Source of the DNA: an uncultured Erysipelotrichaceae bacterium
GTDB lineage: Bacteria; Bacillota_I; Bacilli_A; Erysipelotrichales; Erysipelotrichaceae
Assembly (NCBI GenBank): GCA_942492995.1
Contig: OW818653.1
Span: forward strand, 930,001 to 962,000
Direction of reading: 5' to 3'
DNA length: 32,000 bases
Shown here: one piece after another, positions 1 to 9,894 of the stretch
Position numbering within the stretch: the stretch's first letter is position 1
Layout of the letters: the number at the start of each line of letters is the position of its first letter
Program-made: the position numbers and the translations under genes
Notes under the pieces: generated by a model
The model's input: only the letters and a program-made list of their open reading frames with translations
Told to the model about the DNA's origin: nothing
Database searches by the model: none

Positions 1-1416
1 TTCATGTGCTACACCACCTGCAAGAGTACCAATTGCCTCAAGTTTTTGTTGCTGTTGGATTTTAATATCCCATTCGATTTTATTTCGTTCTAATTGTTTA
101 CGCTCTGATATATCACGTACAAATACCATTGCACCTTCCGCATTATCAATAACGATTGGAACCGCAATTGCTTCCACATCAATTGGTTTATTATCGATTG
201 TTAAGAATACTTCTTCTACTGCTTCAACATCTTCTTTCAATGTATTTAATCGATACAATCTATCTTCTACAGATTTTCTATAATCAGGATGAATTCGATC
301 CATTATCCATGTATAAAGTAATTGTTCCTGTGTTTCTACTTTAAAAAGTTTTAGTGCCGCATTGTTTAAAAACGCGAAACGTTTATTCGATTGAATAAAA
401 ATCGCATCTGGCGCATTTTCTACGACAACTTTAAAGCGTTTTTCACTGTTTTCTAATGCCTTAAGCGCTTGTACACGTTCTGTAATATCAATAACGATTG
501 AGTATAAGTAAACTTTCTTATCAAAATTAATAGGTCCACTTACAACTTCTACATCCATAATACTTCCATCTTTTCTACGATGTTTAAAGATAAAACTATT
601 TCTACGAAAGTCCTTCGTGTCTTGCATCGCTTTCTTGATCTCATCCGCAGTTAATGTATTTAATGCACCAACACTCATTCTCTTAAATTCATCTTTTGTA
701 TAACCATACGTTTGTACAGCAGCCGCATTCGCATCAATGATATTCGATGTTTCAGGATCAACGATAAACATAACAGTATGTTTGTTTTCAAATAGATTAC
801 GATATCGTTGTTCAGCTTCTATTATCTTTTGTGCATTCTCATCTCTAGCGATTTGCGAAAGTAATAACATACATATAAATACCGTCACTAACGGATAAAT
901 TATCATTACAGGGATTGATAGTTCTTTTAATGTACTTATTGCAGTATCAAATGGTAATGCAAACATACATAACAACATTGCCACATGTGTAACTACCCCA
1001 AAGATATAGATATTCAACCATTTATGACGTTCGGAAATGTTTAAGATATGTTCTTTCCATAAATACCCAATGATAGATGTGGATGTAATGACAAGCACAC
1101 CCGTTAAAGCTCCAACACCACCCATATAAATACGGTATAGTATCATAATCACAGCACTGACAATCAATGTACCAGTCGAGAATAATAGTGCTGTAGCACT
1201 TAACAATATCGATCGTGTATCGAACACAAGACCACTCGTAAATTCATAAGGAACACTCATGATCGCAATTCCGATAAATCCAACTAAAAAACCACGGATT
1301 AACCAGTGATATTTTTTAAACCTGCGAAGAAATATACTACTGAACTCATAAATTACTACTAATATGAGTAAAAACTCCGCATTATCCAATAATTCTATAA
1401 ATGTGTTAAAGTTCAT
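1..1416 (-). CDS. Sensor histidine kinase, N-terminal part (5TM LytS/YhcK-type membrane sensor, two PAS-like modules, start of HisKA); C-terminus lies beyond the left window edge
   Basis: Absent from the supplied ORF track because its stop codon is outside the window. I read all 472 minus-strand codons from ATG (1416..1414) to position 1 and found no in-frame stop. It begins MNFNTFIELLDNAEFLLILVVIYEF. About 170 aa of hydrophobic helices follow, containing TSGLVFDTRSILL, typical of 5TMR-LYT sensor domains. Then come PAS-like soluble segments (FIVDPETSNIIDANAAAVQTYGYTKDEF; ENAPDAIFIQSNKRFAFLNNAALKLF). The ORF ends at the window edge inside an H-box, KLEAIGTLAGGVAHE. Confidence 0.8.
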   Translation of the reverse strand, partial: MNFNTFIELLDNAEFLLILVVIYEFSSIFLRRFKKYHWLIRGFLVGFIGIAIMSVPYEFTSGLVFDTRSILLSATALLFSTGTLIVSAVIMILYRIYMGGVGALTGVLVITSTSIIGYLWKEHILNISERHKWLNIYIFGVVTHVAMLLCMFALPFDTAISTLKELSIPVMIIYPLVTVFICMLLLSQIARDENAQKIIEAEQRYRNLFENKHTVMFIVDPETSNIIDANAAAVQTYGYTKDEFKRMSVGALNTLTADEIKKAMQDTKDFRRNSFIFKHRRKDGSIMDVEVVSGPINFDKKVYLYSIVIDITERVQALKALENSEKRFKVVVENAPDAIFIQSNKRFAFLNNAALKLFKVETQEQLLYTWIMDRIHPDYRKSVEDRLYRLNTLKEDVEAVEEVFLTIDNKPIDVEAIAVPIVIDNAEGAMVFVRDISERKQLERNKIEWDIKIQQQQKLEAIGTLAGGVAHE

Positions 1417-1480
1417 TATTTGGCCTATTTAAGTTAATTTGATTATGTCATATCAAACTGTATTATACAAACATGATTAT

Positions 1481-3376
1481 CTATAGAATAAATAACTCAT
1501 TGTTTGAATTAACAATTAAACAAATAAATGGTGTAACAATGATTTTAACATCACCATGATTCATACTACTGAAACTCGTTATATAAAAATCATTAAGTCT
1601 TTTTATCACTTCATAATGGGGATGTCCATAATTGTTCTTACCCACACTTATCAGCGCAATGCGTGATTTTATGAGTTTTAACAATTCATCACTTGTAGAA
1701 GTATTTGAACCATGATGTCCTATTTTTAAGATATCAATGGATAGATTTGGATAATTCGCAACTAATTTATACTCCCCTTCAACCGATAAATCACCTAAGA
1801 ATAAGAAGCGTTTATCATATAATTTCATGTAATAAATAAGCGATGAATCATTGTCATCCATTAATGTTTGATTAAATTCAAGATGATCAAGATACAGCCA
1901 GTTATTACTAATATCTTTACCTTTATAAACAATTTCTTCGATCATAAAATCTTCAATTAACCTATCCACATTACCACTATGGTCACTATCATCATGTGTA
2001 ATTACTAAGTAATTGATTACTTTAATCGATTGAGCATCTAAATATGTCTTTAATGCACGATATTGATTCGGTGAACCAGTATCGATTAATACAACATTCT
2101 GATTAAATGGTACTTGAATCAAGAACGCATCACCTTGTCCTATATTTATCATCGTGACAGTATAAAAAAGAGGTAAAGAGAATAATGGAATACCAATTCC
2201 TGTATATAGTATTAATAAAGTAGAATGAATTTTTTTAAATCGATAAGTAAAATGATACAGAATAATAAAACAGATAATAAATATTGGATTTATATTACCT
2301 TTTAATACTCCATTCAACATACTCCATTTAAATAACCAATTCGTTAGAACGATTAAATACGTATAAATTGGATTTAAAATTGGTAAACACGTTAATAGTA
2401 GTGAAGACATGATTAGATAACGATAAATGATAATTAGTATTGGAAACAATACGATATTGATTAATGATACTGAATGATTAAACAGGATTAATACTGTAAT
2501 TAGTACAAGTATTCGTTGGATGAATTGAGATTTCATGGGCATAAAAATCGATGTGAATTGTAATGTTAACGGTAAGATATATGCTATTTGTGTTAATCCA
2601 TAGGGTTGAATAAATGAACATATAATTAAATTGACACTAAAACGTAATAAGCGATCTTTAAAATAATATGAACTTAAATAGAAAGCCCATACACGCATTA
2701 AACTTAATGGCCAAGCTAGATTAAATGCGAGATATAAAAATATTAACGAAACGAAGAGTTGTTCATATAGAACATTTTTTTGTTTTAGAAAACATAACTT
2801 TATTGTTTTTATGATAAGTAAGTAAATAATTCCCATCGATATGAATAAATCAATATCTTCGGTTGGATTTGATTGAAACAACACAATCCGTAATTGATTA
2901 ATAAATTGTAGATTGTTATTAAATCCACCATTACTTAACCAATTTAAAAAACCTTTCCCTTTAATACGATAACTATCCTTTTCACTCGATTGATAACATA
3001 TATTCCTTGATTTAGTCCAATTCTCTAGATTAAATCCATAGGTATGTGGACTAAATTCTAGATCTTTATTATCATAAAGTACCACTGTATCTTGAAGTGA
3101 ATACTGACTTACATCATTTACTGATATTAATACATTAGTAAAATTCTTATTCACGATAATCGAATTCGCGTTAATCTCGACAATCTTTCCTGATTCAATA
3201 GGCTGACAGAGGTTGATTGAATTTCTTAGGTTAAATAGTATAAAAATGATTATCATACCAAGTTTATACTTAAATGATTTTGTAAGATAAATAAAAATTA
3301 TAAATAAAATTGAAAGAATAGGATTATAGATTAATAGAAAAATACTTATCGATAAAAAGACAAACATGTTAGTCAT
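1481..3376 (-). CDS. comEC: DNA internalization-related competence protein ComEC/Rec2
   Basis: 631-aa polytopic membrane ORF. It has an N-terminal TM plus OB-fold-like segment, a central multi-TM competence domain and a C-terminal metallo-beta-lactamase fold (TMINIGQGDAFLIQVP, VLIDTG, VITHDDSDHSGN, GHHGS). Its ATG overlaps the comEA stop (ATGA at 3373..3376). Confidence 0.9.
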   Translation of the reverse strand: MTNMFVFLSISIFLLIYNPILSILFIIFIYLTKSFKYKLGMIIIFILFNLRNSINLCQPIESGKIVEINANSIIVNKNFTNVLISVNDVSQYSLQDTVVLYDNKDLEFSPHTYGFNLENWTKSRNICYQSSEKDSYRIKGKGFLNWLSNGGFNNNLQFINQLRIVLFQSNPTEDIDLFISMGIIYLLIIKTIKLCFLKQKNVLYEQLFVSLIFLYLAFNLAWPLSLMRVWAFYLSSYYFKDRLLRFSVNLIICSFIQPYGLTQIAYILPLTLQFTSIFMPMKSQFIQRILVLITVLILFNHSVSLINIVLFPILIIIYRYLIMSSLLLTCLPILNPIYTYLIVLTNWLFKWSMLNGVLKGNINPIFIICFIILYHFTYRFKKIHSTLLILYTGIGIPLFSLPLFYTVTMINIGQGDAFLIQVPFNQNVVLIDTGSPNQYRALKTYLDAQSIKVINYLVITHDDSDHSGNVDRLIEDFMIEEIVYKGKDISNNWLYLDHLEFNQTLMDDNDSSLIYYMKLYDKRFLFLGDLSVEGEYKLVANYPNLSIDILKIGHHGSNTSTSDELLKLIKSRIALISVGKNNYGHPHYEVIKRLNDFYITSFSSMNHGDVKIIVTPFICLIVNSNNELFIL

Positions 3377-3816
3377 AATCGAATATGTTCTTCTATCTTT
3401 TTAAATAACGCTTCTTTTATGCCTTTAACCCGCATGATATCTTCAAGTGTTTGGAATAAACCGAATTCATTACGATAATCAATGATCTTTGATGCGATTG
3501 AAGGACCAATACCTGGTAAATCTTGAAGTTCTAACAGAGTTGCTTGATTGATAGAAATACGTTTATCAACGATTGGATAAAGTATGATTAAATCGTTTTG
3601 TTTGAGTAAAATCTCTGGATTCAAGCGCGTCATATCACATTCATCACATTGGATATCATCTAGAATAACGCTTAATTTAGAATAGAGTGGTACTGTGTAT
3701 GTTTTTATTGATTGATTTAAATCCTGAACTTGAACAGTAATCTGTTTATTCTCTAAAGGTTCAATGATATTAACTGAACATGAACATAAAAATAAAAGTA
3801 GAATGATTGATTTCAT
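3373..3816 (-). CDS. comEA: Competence protein ComEA, DNA receptor (probable lipoprotein)
   Basis: 147 aa. Signal peptide with a lipobox-like LFLCSC, and a C-terminal helix-hairpin-helix DNA-binding region (INQATLLELQDLPGIGPSIASKIIDYRNEFGLFQTLEDIMRVKGI). Translationally coupled to comEC. Confidence 0.9.
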   Translation of the reverse strand: MKSIILLLFLCSCSVNIIEPLENKQITVQVQDLNQSIKTYTVPLYSKLSVILDDIQCDECDMTRLNPEILLKQNDLIILYPIVDKRISINQATLLELQDLPGIGPSIASKIIDYRNEFGLFQTLEDIMRVKGIKEALFKKIEEHIRL

Positions 3817-3853
3817 CCTACTTTATATGTTTGTTTATTGTTTATTCCTAAAA

Positions 3854-4321
3854 TTACTTAATGTTAATGATTCTAACGTACTCTCTAGGTTCGATTTCAA
3901 CTTCGATTTCTTCATCATTTACCATACGGTCCATAAGCGCAACCGCTAGAGGTGTAACGTTGGATAATTTACCATTCATAGGATCAGCTTCTACTGATGA
4001 TACGATAGTATATGTTTCTTCAACACCATCACGACTACGGATAGTGACTTGAGCACCTAATTTAACAACTCTTGAACCACCTTGTACATCGATAATTTCG
4101 ATATTATTGAAGATATTTTCTAATTCACGAATACGAGCTTCTACACGTGCTTGACGATCACGCGCTGCATCATAATCTGCATTTTCGGATAAGTCCCCTT
4201 GAGCACGCGCCGCTTGTAAGTCTTCGATTACTTCTTTACGGACAACATGTATAAGATGATCTTGTTCTTTTCTTAACTCATCAAAACCTTCTTGGGTAAC
4301 TCTTACTTTTTCTTGTGCCAT
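3854..4321 (-). CDS. greA: Transcription elongation factor GreA
   Basis: 155 aa, MAQEKVRVTQEGFDELRKE...GDLSENADYDAARDRQA. Canonical GreA coiled-coil plus C-terminal FKBP-like domain. RBS AAGGAGA 8 nt upstream. Confidence 0.95.
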   Translation of the reverse strand: MAQEKVRVTQEGFDELRKEQDHLIHVVRKEVIEDLQAARAQGDLSENADYDAARDRQARVEARIRELENIFNNIEIIDVQGGSRVVKLGAQVTIRSRDGVEETYTIVSSVEADPMNGKLSNVTPLAVALMDRMVNDEEIEVEIEPREYVRIINIK

Positions 4322-4345
4322 CTTATTGTCTCCTTAACTTGGGAA

Positions 4346-4978
4346 TTATAGCATATTCATTTTGATAATACTACCAATTTTAGTGGTCAACAAATCAACT
4401 GCGACCTCATTTTTGCCGCCTTCTGGAACGATTACATCCGCGTATCGTTTCGATGGTTCAATGAATTGATCATGCATAATACGTACAGTATTCATGTATT
4501 GTGCAATCACATTATCGAGACTTCTACCACGATCGCGAACATCACGATTGAGTCGACGTATGAATCGAACATCCGCAGGTGTATCGACAAATACCTTTAT
4601 ATCAAGATTCTTTCGAATCGATTCATCTTCTAATACAAACAATCCTTCTACAACAATTACATCATGCGGTTCTACATATTCAATTGATTCAGAACGTGTA
4701 TACTCAATAAAATCATAGGTAGGACGATTGATTGCACGACCTTCTCTAAGTTCATTAAGATCTCTCGCCAACAACGCATTATCAAACGCAAACGGATGAT
4801 CGTAATTAACTTTCAAACGTTCTTCCATCGTCATATTTGCTTGATCGTTATAATAATCATCTTGACGAATAATAATTACAGAATTCGTATCTTCAAATTC
4901 ACGTTTTAAACGCTTCGCTAAAGATGTTTTACCTGAAGCACTTCCACCTGCTATACCAATAATAATTCGCTTGCTCAT
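4346..4978 (-). CDS. udk: Uridine kinase
   Basis: 210 aa, P-loop GIAGGSASGKTS, full-length similarity to Udk (QDDYY, DHPFAFD, VVEGLF). Confidence 0.95.
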   Translation of the reverse strand: MSKRIIIGIAGGSASGKTSLAKRLKREFEDTNSVIIIRQDDYYNDQANMTMEERLKVNYDHPFAFDNALLARDLNELREGRAINRPTYDFIEYTRSESIEYVEPHDVIVVEGLFVLEDESIRKNLDIKVFVDTPADVRFIRRLNRDVRDRGRSLDNVIAQYMNTVRIMHDQFIEPSKRYADVIVPEGGKNEVAVDLLTTKIGSIIKMNML

Positions 4979-4984
4979 AAGACC

Positions 4985-6073
4985 TCACTTTAGATATTTC
5001 TGTATATTCGCTTCATGTTGAGCAAATGTCTCTGCATAATACACTGTTCCATCACCATAAATATCAGCTAAGAAGAATAGATAATCATTCGGTGTTGGTT
5101 GAATTGCGGAAAGGATTGCCAACTTTGATGGATTTGTGATTGGTCCAACAGGTAATCCACTATATAGGTATGTATTATACTTTGAATCAATCGTTTGATT
5201 GTCGTAATTTTCACAGTCTTTCCATGAATCATACTCGTATAATGCATAACACACTGTTACACTCGATTGAAGACGCATCCCAGTATTCATACGATTGAGG
5301 AATACTTGTGATACTAACTTCATATCTGATTCTTTACCTGCTTCAAATTGAACAACTGACGCAAGTGTAATCGCATCATGAATGCTCATCCCAAAATTAT
5401 CAAACAATGATTTATTATCATCATAAACTTTTTGGGTTTGATTTAAGATACGACGAGTTAATGAATCCGCAGATGCGAGTGGATTCATAAAGTACGTTTC
5501 AGGCATTAAATAACCTTCTAATAAGACTCTAACATCTTTCTTATTTTCAAATAGTTCTTCAGTAAGAACACTATATTCATCCATTAATGAACGAATATAC
5601 GCTTCATCATTCCAAAGACCTAATAACTCATCTGCACTTACATTAGCGACTTTACTTGCGAGGTTTTCAGCTATTTGTCTAGCCCAATCACCTGGAATAA
5701 TCGTTACTACGACATCGGTTGGATGAGCTTTTGAAGCATCATTTAAAGTCGTTAATATCGTTTTGACATCATCCCCAAAATCTACATAGTATGTGCCTAC
5801 TTTAAAATCTGTAAGTTTAATTACCTTAGCGTATGTTTCAAAGATAAACTGATTCTTGATTAGACCTTTTTCTTTTAATTGATCTGATACAAGATTTAAT
5901 GTATCTCCTTTAGAGATAACAACACCACTTGTCTCACCAATAGGTCCAACTGCACTTAAGTTCGATTGTACATACACAAAAGATAAGCCTATACCAACGA
6001 TAAAAAACAAGGTTAGGAATAATCCTAAACTTGTTCGTTTAATTTTTTTCATTTTCTTCTTGCGAGATGACAT
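4985..6073 (-). CDS. mltG: Endolytic murein transglycosylase MltG (YceG-like)
   Basis: N-terminal basic stretch plus one TM helix (LGLFLTLFFIVGIGLSFVYV), then a YceG-like domain (LASVVQFEAGK, NTYLYSGLPVGPITNPS). The track start at 6082 is a TTG. The first ATG is at 6073 and another at 6052, so the start is uncertain. The gene overlaps the 3' end of the DUF1292 gene. Confidence 0.85.
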   Translation of the reverse strand: MSSRKKKMKKIKRTSLGLFLTLFFIVGIGLSFVYVQSNLSAVGPIGETSGVVISKGDTLNLVSDQLKEKGLIKNQFIFETYAKVIKLTDFKVGTYYVDFGDDVKTILTTLNDASKAHPTDVVVTIIPGDWARQIAENLASKVANVSADELLGLWNDEAYIRSLMDEYSVLTEELFENKKDVRVLLEGYLMPETYFMNPLASADSLTRRILNQTQKVYDDNKSLFDNFGMSIHDAITLASVVQFEAGKESDMKLVSQVFLNRMNTGMRLQSSVTVCYALYEYDSWKDCENYDNQTIDSKYNTYLYSGLPVGPITNPSKLAILSAIQPTPNDYLFFLADIYGDGTVYYAETFAQHEANIQKYLK

Positions 6074-6299
6074 AATCTTCAAATATCGTTTCTAGTTTTT
6101 TCCATTCATCTGGATCTTCAACAGGACTTAAATTCCCTTCCGCATCATAACTTGAAACGAAAACTTCCCCATCTTCTTGTTCAGGATTTAGATAAAACAC
6201 AAAATTCTTTCCTGATTCTTCATCTTCATACGTAAATACAATTTCCATTTGAATTTCGTTGCCCATCTCATCGATGACAACAATTTTATTTTCTTCCAT
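6039..6299 (-). CDS. DUF1292 / UPF0473 family protein (YrzB-like)
   Basis: 86-aa acidic protein, IVVIDEMGNEIQMEIVFTYEDEESGKNFVFY...EWKKLETIFEDY, resembling B. subtilis YrzB. It sits in the conserved position between ruvX and mltG. Confidence 0.8.
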   Translation of the reverse strand: MEENKIVVIDEMGNEIQMEIVFTYEDEESGKNFVFYLNPEQEDGEVFVSSYDAEGNLSPVEDPDEWKKLETIFEDYVISQEENEKN

Positions 6300-6729
6300 T
6301 GACCTGCTCCTTCTGTCTTTGTTGGTCTAAATACTCCTGTAACATCGTTACAGCCGCAACCTGATCCACAACTTTCTTACGTTTTTCATTACGCATATTG
6401 GATTGTAATAAGGTTTTATGTGCAGAAACTGTAGTCAAACGTTCATCCCATAATATAACAGGGGTTTCAGTAAATTTCTCAATTTCCTCTTTAAAGAATT
6501 CCGATCTTCGACCACCATCACCAATAGAACCATTCATATGTTTAGGATAGCCTAGGATAATCGCATTCGCAGGATATTCTTTTAATAATGCTTCAATTTG
6601 ATCGAGTGCATGATCATAGTCTTCACTCTCAAAACGAAAAGTCACAAGTGGACTCGCTAGAAAACCACTGAGGTCGCTAATCGCAACCCCAACTGTTTTA
6701 GTCCCTACATCCAATGCGATACTTCTCAT
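6286..6729 (-). CDS. ruvX: Putative pre-16S rRNA nuclease / Holliday junction resolvase-like protein RuvX (YqgF/YrrK)
   Basis: 147 aa, MRSIALDVGTKTVGVAISD...GYPKHMNGSIG...DERLTTVSA: YqgF family signature. Confidence 0.9.
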   Translation of the reverse strand: MRSIALDVGTKTVGVAISDLSGFLASPLVTFRFESEDYDHALDQIEALLKEYPANAIILGYPKHMNGSIGDGGRRSEFFKEEIEKFTETPVILWDERLTTVSAHKTLLQSNMRNEKRKKVVDQVAAVTMLQEYLDQQRQKEQVNGRK

Positions 6730-6986
6730 TTTTCATCATCCAAATATGCACGAACTAACTCTTCGATAATTTCGTATCTTTCGACAGTTTGAATTATCGA
6801 ACGTGCATTTTGATGACTTGAAATGTAAGCAGGATCGTTGGAAATGAGATAACCAGATAATTGGTTAACCGCATTGTATCCACGATCTTCAAGTGCTAAT
6901 TTCACTTGTTTTAAGATCTGCTTGATGTTATCACGACGAATTTGATCTGACTTAAATGCTACGGTTTCCGTATGGTTCTGATTCAT
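6726..6986 (-). CDS. ireB: UPF0297 / IreB family regulatory protein (YrzL-like)
   Basis: Conserved core ALEDRGYNAVNQLSGYLISNDPAYISSHQNARSIIQTVERYEIIEELVRAYL. The track start (7010) has no RBS. The ATG at 6986 lies 8 nt after a strong AAGGAGGA, so I place the start there. Overlaps the ruvX start by 4 nt. Confidence 0.75.
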   Translation of the reverse strand: MNQNHTETVAFKSDQIRRDNIKQILKQVKLALEDRGYNAVNQLSGYLISNDPAYISSHQNARSIIQTVERYEIIEELVRAYLDDEK

Positions 6987-7041
6987 ACCAAAATCCTCCT
7001 TTTCATTCATTTTAACCCAAAGTCAAAGCTTATAAAAGCAT

Positions 7042-9660
7042 TTACATTATTTTTTTGCGTATTATTTCGATTGCGTCGTTTAATTTGGACACATCCTTGC
7101 CCCCAGCTTGCGCAAAATCAGGGCGTCCTCCACCATTTCCAAGTGTTAGTACTGCAGCTTCTTTAACTAAATCCCCTGCTCTAAACCCAGCTTTAATAAC
7201 GGTTGGACCACAATATGCCACAAACAATGCTTTAGATTGATCACTTGACGCAAAGAAGATTAAACTCTCTGGATGATCTTTCTTTAAACTTTCGATTAAT
7301 AATCTTAAATGATCCGCATTCTGGTCAATTCGTTTAATTAATATCGATAAACCATTTTGTTCAACGAATTCACTCTTAAGTAATTTCGCTTCCATATTCG
7401 CTAATTTTTGTTTAGCTTGACCAAGATGTTGTTTCGTTTCACCTAACTCTTCTAAGCTTAAGTTTACACGATCCTCAATCTTATGGATTGAGTTTGCTTT
7501 ATACAATGTTGCGATATTCTCTAATTGATCTTGATAACCTAAGAAATCATGATATGCGGATAAACCCGTTTTAGCAGTTATACGACGAATACCTGAGCCA
7601 ATACTTTCTTCAGATACGATTTTAAATAAACCAATTTCTTGTGTATTGCGTACATGGCATCCACCACATAACTCTTTACTGAATTCACCCATTGTCACAA
7701 CACGTACAACACTATCGTATTTTTCGCTGAATAACGCCATTGCGCCACTTGCTTTAGCTTCTTCTATTGGAAGGTATGCGAATGTTACATCACGTTTAGC
7801 GAAGATATTCTGGTTGACTATTTGTTCAATAGTTTTTATTTGTGCATCACTTACTTTTTCGAAATGGGTGAAGTCAAATCGCATATATTCATCGGATACA
7901 TAAGAACCAGCTTGTTGGATATGTTCCCCAACAACCTTCTTTAGAGCACTTTGAAGTAAATGCGCTGATGAATGGTTTGTGGTGATTTGTTGGCGACGAT
8001 CACGATCAATTTTAGCAATTACTTTATCATTTAGTTTCAATTCCCCAAAGTTTAGTTTTATGGAATGTAGGTTTTGTTTACGTGGTGCTTTTTGAACGTC
8101 ACTAACTAATGCTTCACCTTGATCAAACACGATAAAGCCAGTATCCGCAACCTGCCCACCACTTTCCGCATAGAACGGAGTGGTTTCTAAAATAACTTGC
8201 CCTTCATCATCTAAACTTTCAACGGAGATACCATTTTTAAACAATGCGACAATACGAGTTTCTAATTCAAATGTATCATAACCAACGAATGTCGATTCAA
8301 CCGTACAATTCATTAAATCAATAGATTGAGCTTTCATTGACTCAGTTTTATCAATCGCTGCACGAGCTCTTTCACGTTGTTTATTCATCTCAAGCTTGAA
8401 ACCATCGATGTCAATGGAATACCCTTGTTCTTCCGCAATTTCTTTCGTTAATTCTACCGGGAATCCGAATGTATCATAAAGTTTAAATACAGTTTCTCCG
8501 ACTAACATTTTATTTGTTGTCTTAATTAGTTCAATGTTTAGAAGTTGTTCACCATCACTTAATGTTTTATGGAAACGCAATTCTTCTGCTTTGACTAACT
8601 TCTCAATGTACTCGACCTTATCATTAATGTATCCATAGAATGGACTCATCATTTCTGCCACAACACGTACTAATCGATACATAAACGCATCTTCAATTTG
8701 AAGTTTAATTCCGAAACGTACTGCTCTACGTAAGATTCTACGTAAAACATAACCACGACCTTCATTTGAGAACAATGCGCCATCCGCTAAAGCGAATGTA
8801 ACAGTACGGATATGATCCGCAATAACACGATATGCCATTTGGTTTTCTTTGTTGTAAGGGAACTTCGCTTCTTTTTCTACCGCACGAATAACCGGTAAGA
8901 ATAAGTCAGTGTCAAAGTTTGTCTCACCATTTTGTACGATTGAAACTAAACGTTCTAAACCCATCCCTGTATCTATATTCTTTTGTGGTAATTCTTTGTA
9001 GTCTTTGCGTTCAACACCTTCTTTACCATCGTATTGACTAAACACAACGTTCCATACTTCTAAGTATCGATCATTTTCACGCTCTTCAAAGAACAATGGT
9101 TCACCAACATTCTCAGGATCATACGCTAATCCACGATCGTAATAGATTTCACTATTCGGACCACATGGACCTTCACCAATTTGCCAGTAATTCTCTTCAC
9201 TCTTAAGAATACGTTTAGGATCTAAACCAATTACTTCAGTCCATATACGATATGCTTCATCATCTGTTGGATGAACGGTGACATACATCTTGTCCTTCTC
9301 CATCCCAATATATTCTTCTGATGTTAAAAACTCCCATGCGAATTGAAGTGCTTCTACTTTAAAATAGTCTCCAATTGAGAAGTTTCCTAACATTTCAAAG
9401 AATGTGTGGTGACGTGCTGTCTTACCTACATTTTCAATGTCATTGGTACGAATGGATTTTTGGGCATTGGTAATCCGTTTATTATCCGGTTTTACACTTC
9501 CATCAAAGTATTTCTTTAATGCGGCTACTCCAGAATTTATCCATAATAAGGTTGGATCATTATTCGGTACTAAAGAAGCACCAGGTTCTATCATGTGCCC
9601 TTTTGACTTAAAATAATCCAAGAATAACTGTCTTACTTCATTTCCACTACGATATTTCAT
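7042..9660 (-). CDS. alaS: Alanine--tRNA ligase
   Basis: 872 aa, full-length AlaRS (MKYRSGNEVRQLFLDYFKSKGH, FFEMLGNFSIGDYFK, editing-domain HSSAHLL and CGGCHV motifs, C-terminal DHHA1-like domain). RBS GGAGG 6 nt upstream. Confidence 0.97.
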   Translation of the reverse strand: MKYRSGNEVRQLFLDYFKSKGHMIEPGASLVPNNDPTLLWINSGVAALKKYFDGSVKPDNKRITNAQKSIRTNDIENVGKTARHHTFFEMLGNFSIGDYFKVEALQFAWEFLTSEEYIGMEKDKMYVTVHPTDDEAYRIWTEVIGLDPKRILKSEENYWQIGEGPCGPNSEIYYDRGLAYDPENVGEPLFFEERENDRYLEVWNVVFSQYDGKEGVERKDYKELPQKNIDTGMGLERLVSIVQNGETNFDTDLFLPVIRAVEKEAKFPYNKENQMAYRVIADHIRTVTFALADGALFSNEGRGYVLRRILRRAVRFGIKLQIEDAFMYRLVRVVAEMMSPFYGYINDKVEYIEKLVKAEELRFHKTLSDGEQLLNIELIKTTNKMLVGETVFKLYDTFGFPVELTKEIAEEQGYSIDIDGFKLEMNKQRERARAAIDKTESMKAQSIDLMNCTVESTFVGYDTFELETRIVALFKNGISVESLDDEGQVILETTPFYAESGGQVADTGFIVFDQGEALVSDVQKAPRKQNLHSIKLNFGELKLNDKVIAKIDRDRRQQITTNHSSAHLLQSALKKVVGEHIQQAGSYVSDEYMRFDFTHFEKVSDAQIKTIEQIVNQNIFAKRDVTFAYLPIEEAKASGAMALFSEKYDSVVRVVTMGEFSKELCGGCHVRNTQEIGLFKIVSEESIGSGIRRITAKTGLSAYHDFLGYQDQLENIATLYKANSIHKIEDRVNLSLEELGETKQHLGQAKQKLANMEAKLLKSEFVEQNGLSILIKRIDQNADHLRLLIESLKKDHPESLIFFASSDQSKALFVAYCGPTVIKAGFRAGDLVKEAAVLTLGNGGGRPDFAQAGGKDVSKLNDAIEIIRKKIM

Positions 9661-9871
9661 GTCTTTTCCTCCAATAAAAAAACGTTCCTACAGGAACGTT
9701 AAACACGCGGTACCATCCTGCTTCATATTACTATGCAGCTCTATTTCCTTAACGCGGAACACGGAAGTTTTACTTCTCTATAAAGTGGCTTCAGTTGATT
9801 ATCCTAAGAACTTTCACCCAACGTTCTCTCTCTACAAAGCATCACAACTTACTTCTCTTTAGTACGATTTC
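9661..9871 (-). promoter_or_regulatory. T-box leader (Ala specifier) controlling alaS
   Basis: The minus strand reads GUAGAGAGAG, GGGUGAAAG, then a specifier loop CUGAA-GCC-ACU (GCC = complement of 9787..9789). The T-box sequence GGAUGGUACCGCG follows (complement of 9716..9728). A terminator AACGUUCCUG-UAGGAACGUU plus U8 (9675..9700) shares its 5' arm with the antiterminator. Then RBS GGAGG and ATG. The supplied plus-strand ORF 9659..9862 lies on this leader and is spurious. Confidence 0.9.
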
Positions 9872-9877
9872 GTCATT

Positions 9878-9886
9878 AGTATAGCA
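9878..9886 (-). promoter_or_regulatory. Extended -10 element (TGcTATACT) for the alaS T-box leader
   Basis: The minus strand reads ATTATGCTATACTAATG between the trpS stop and the leader. No convincing -35. Confidence 0.45.
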
Positions 9887-9894
9887 TAATCCCC

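Noticed and set aside
9659-9862. A 67-aa plus-strand ORF between alaS and trpS.
   Set aside because: The region is the minus-strand T-box leader of alaS, with conserved AGAGA, GGUGAAA, specifier, T-box sequence and terminator. The ORF is coincidental.
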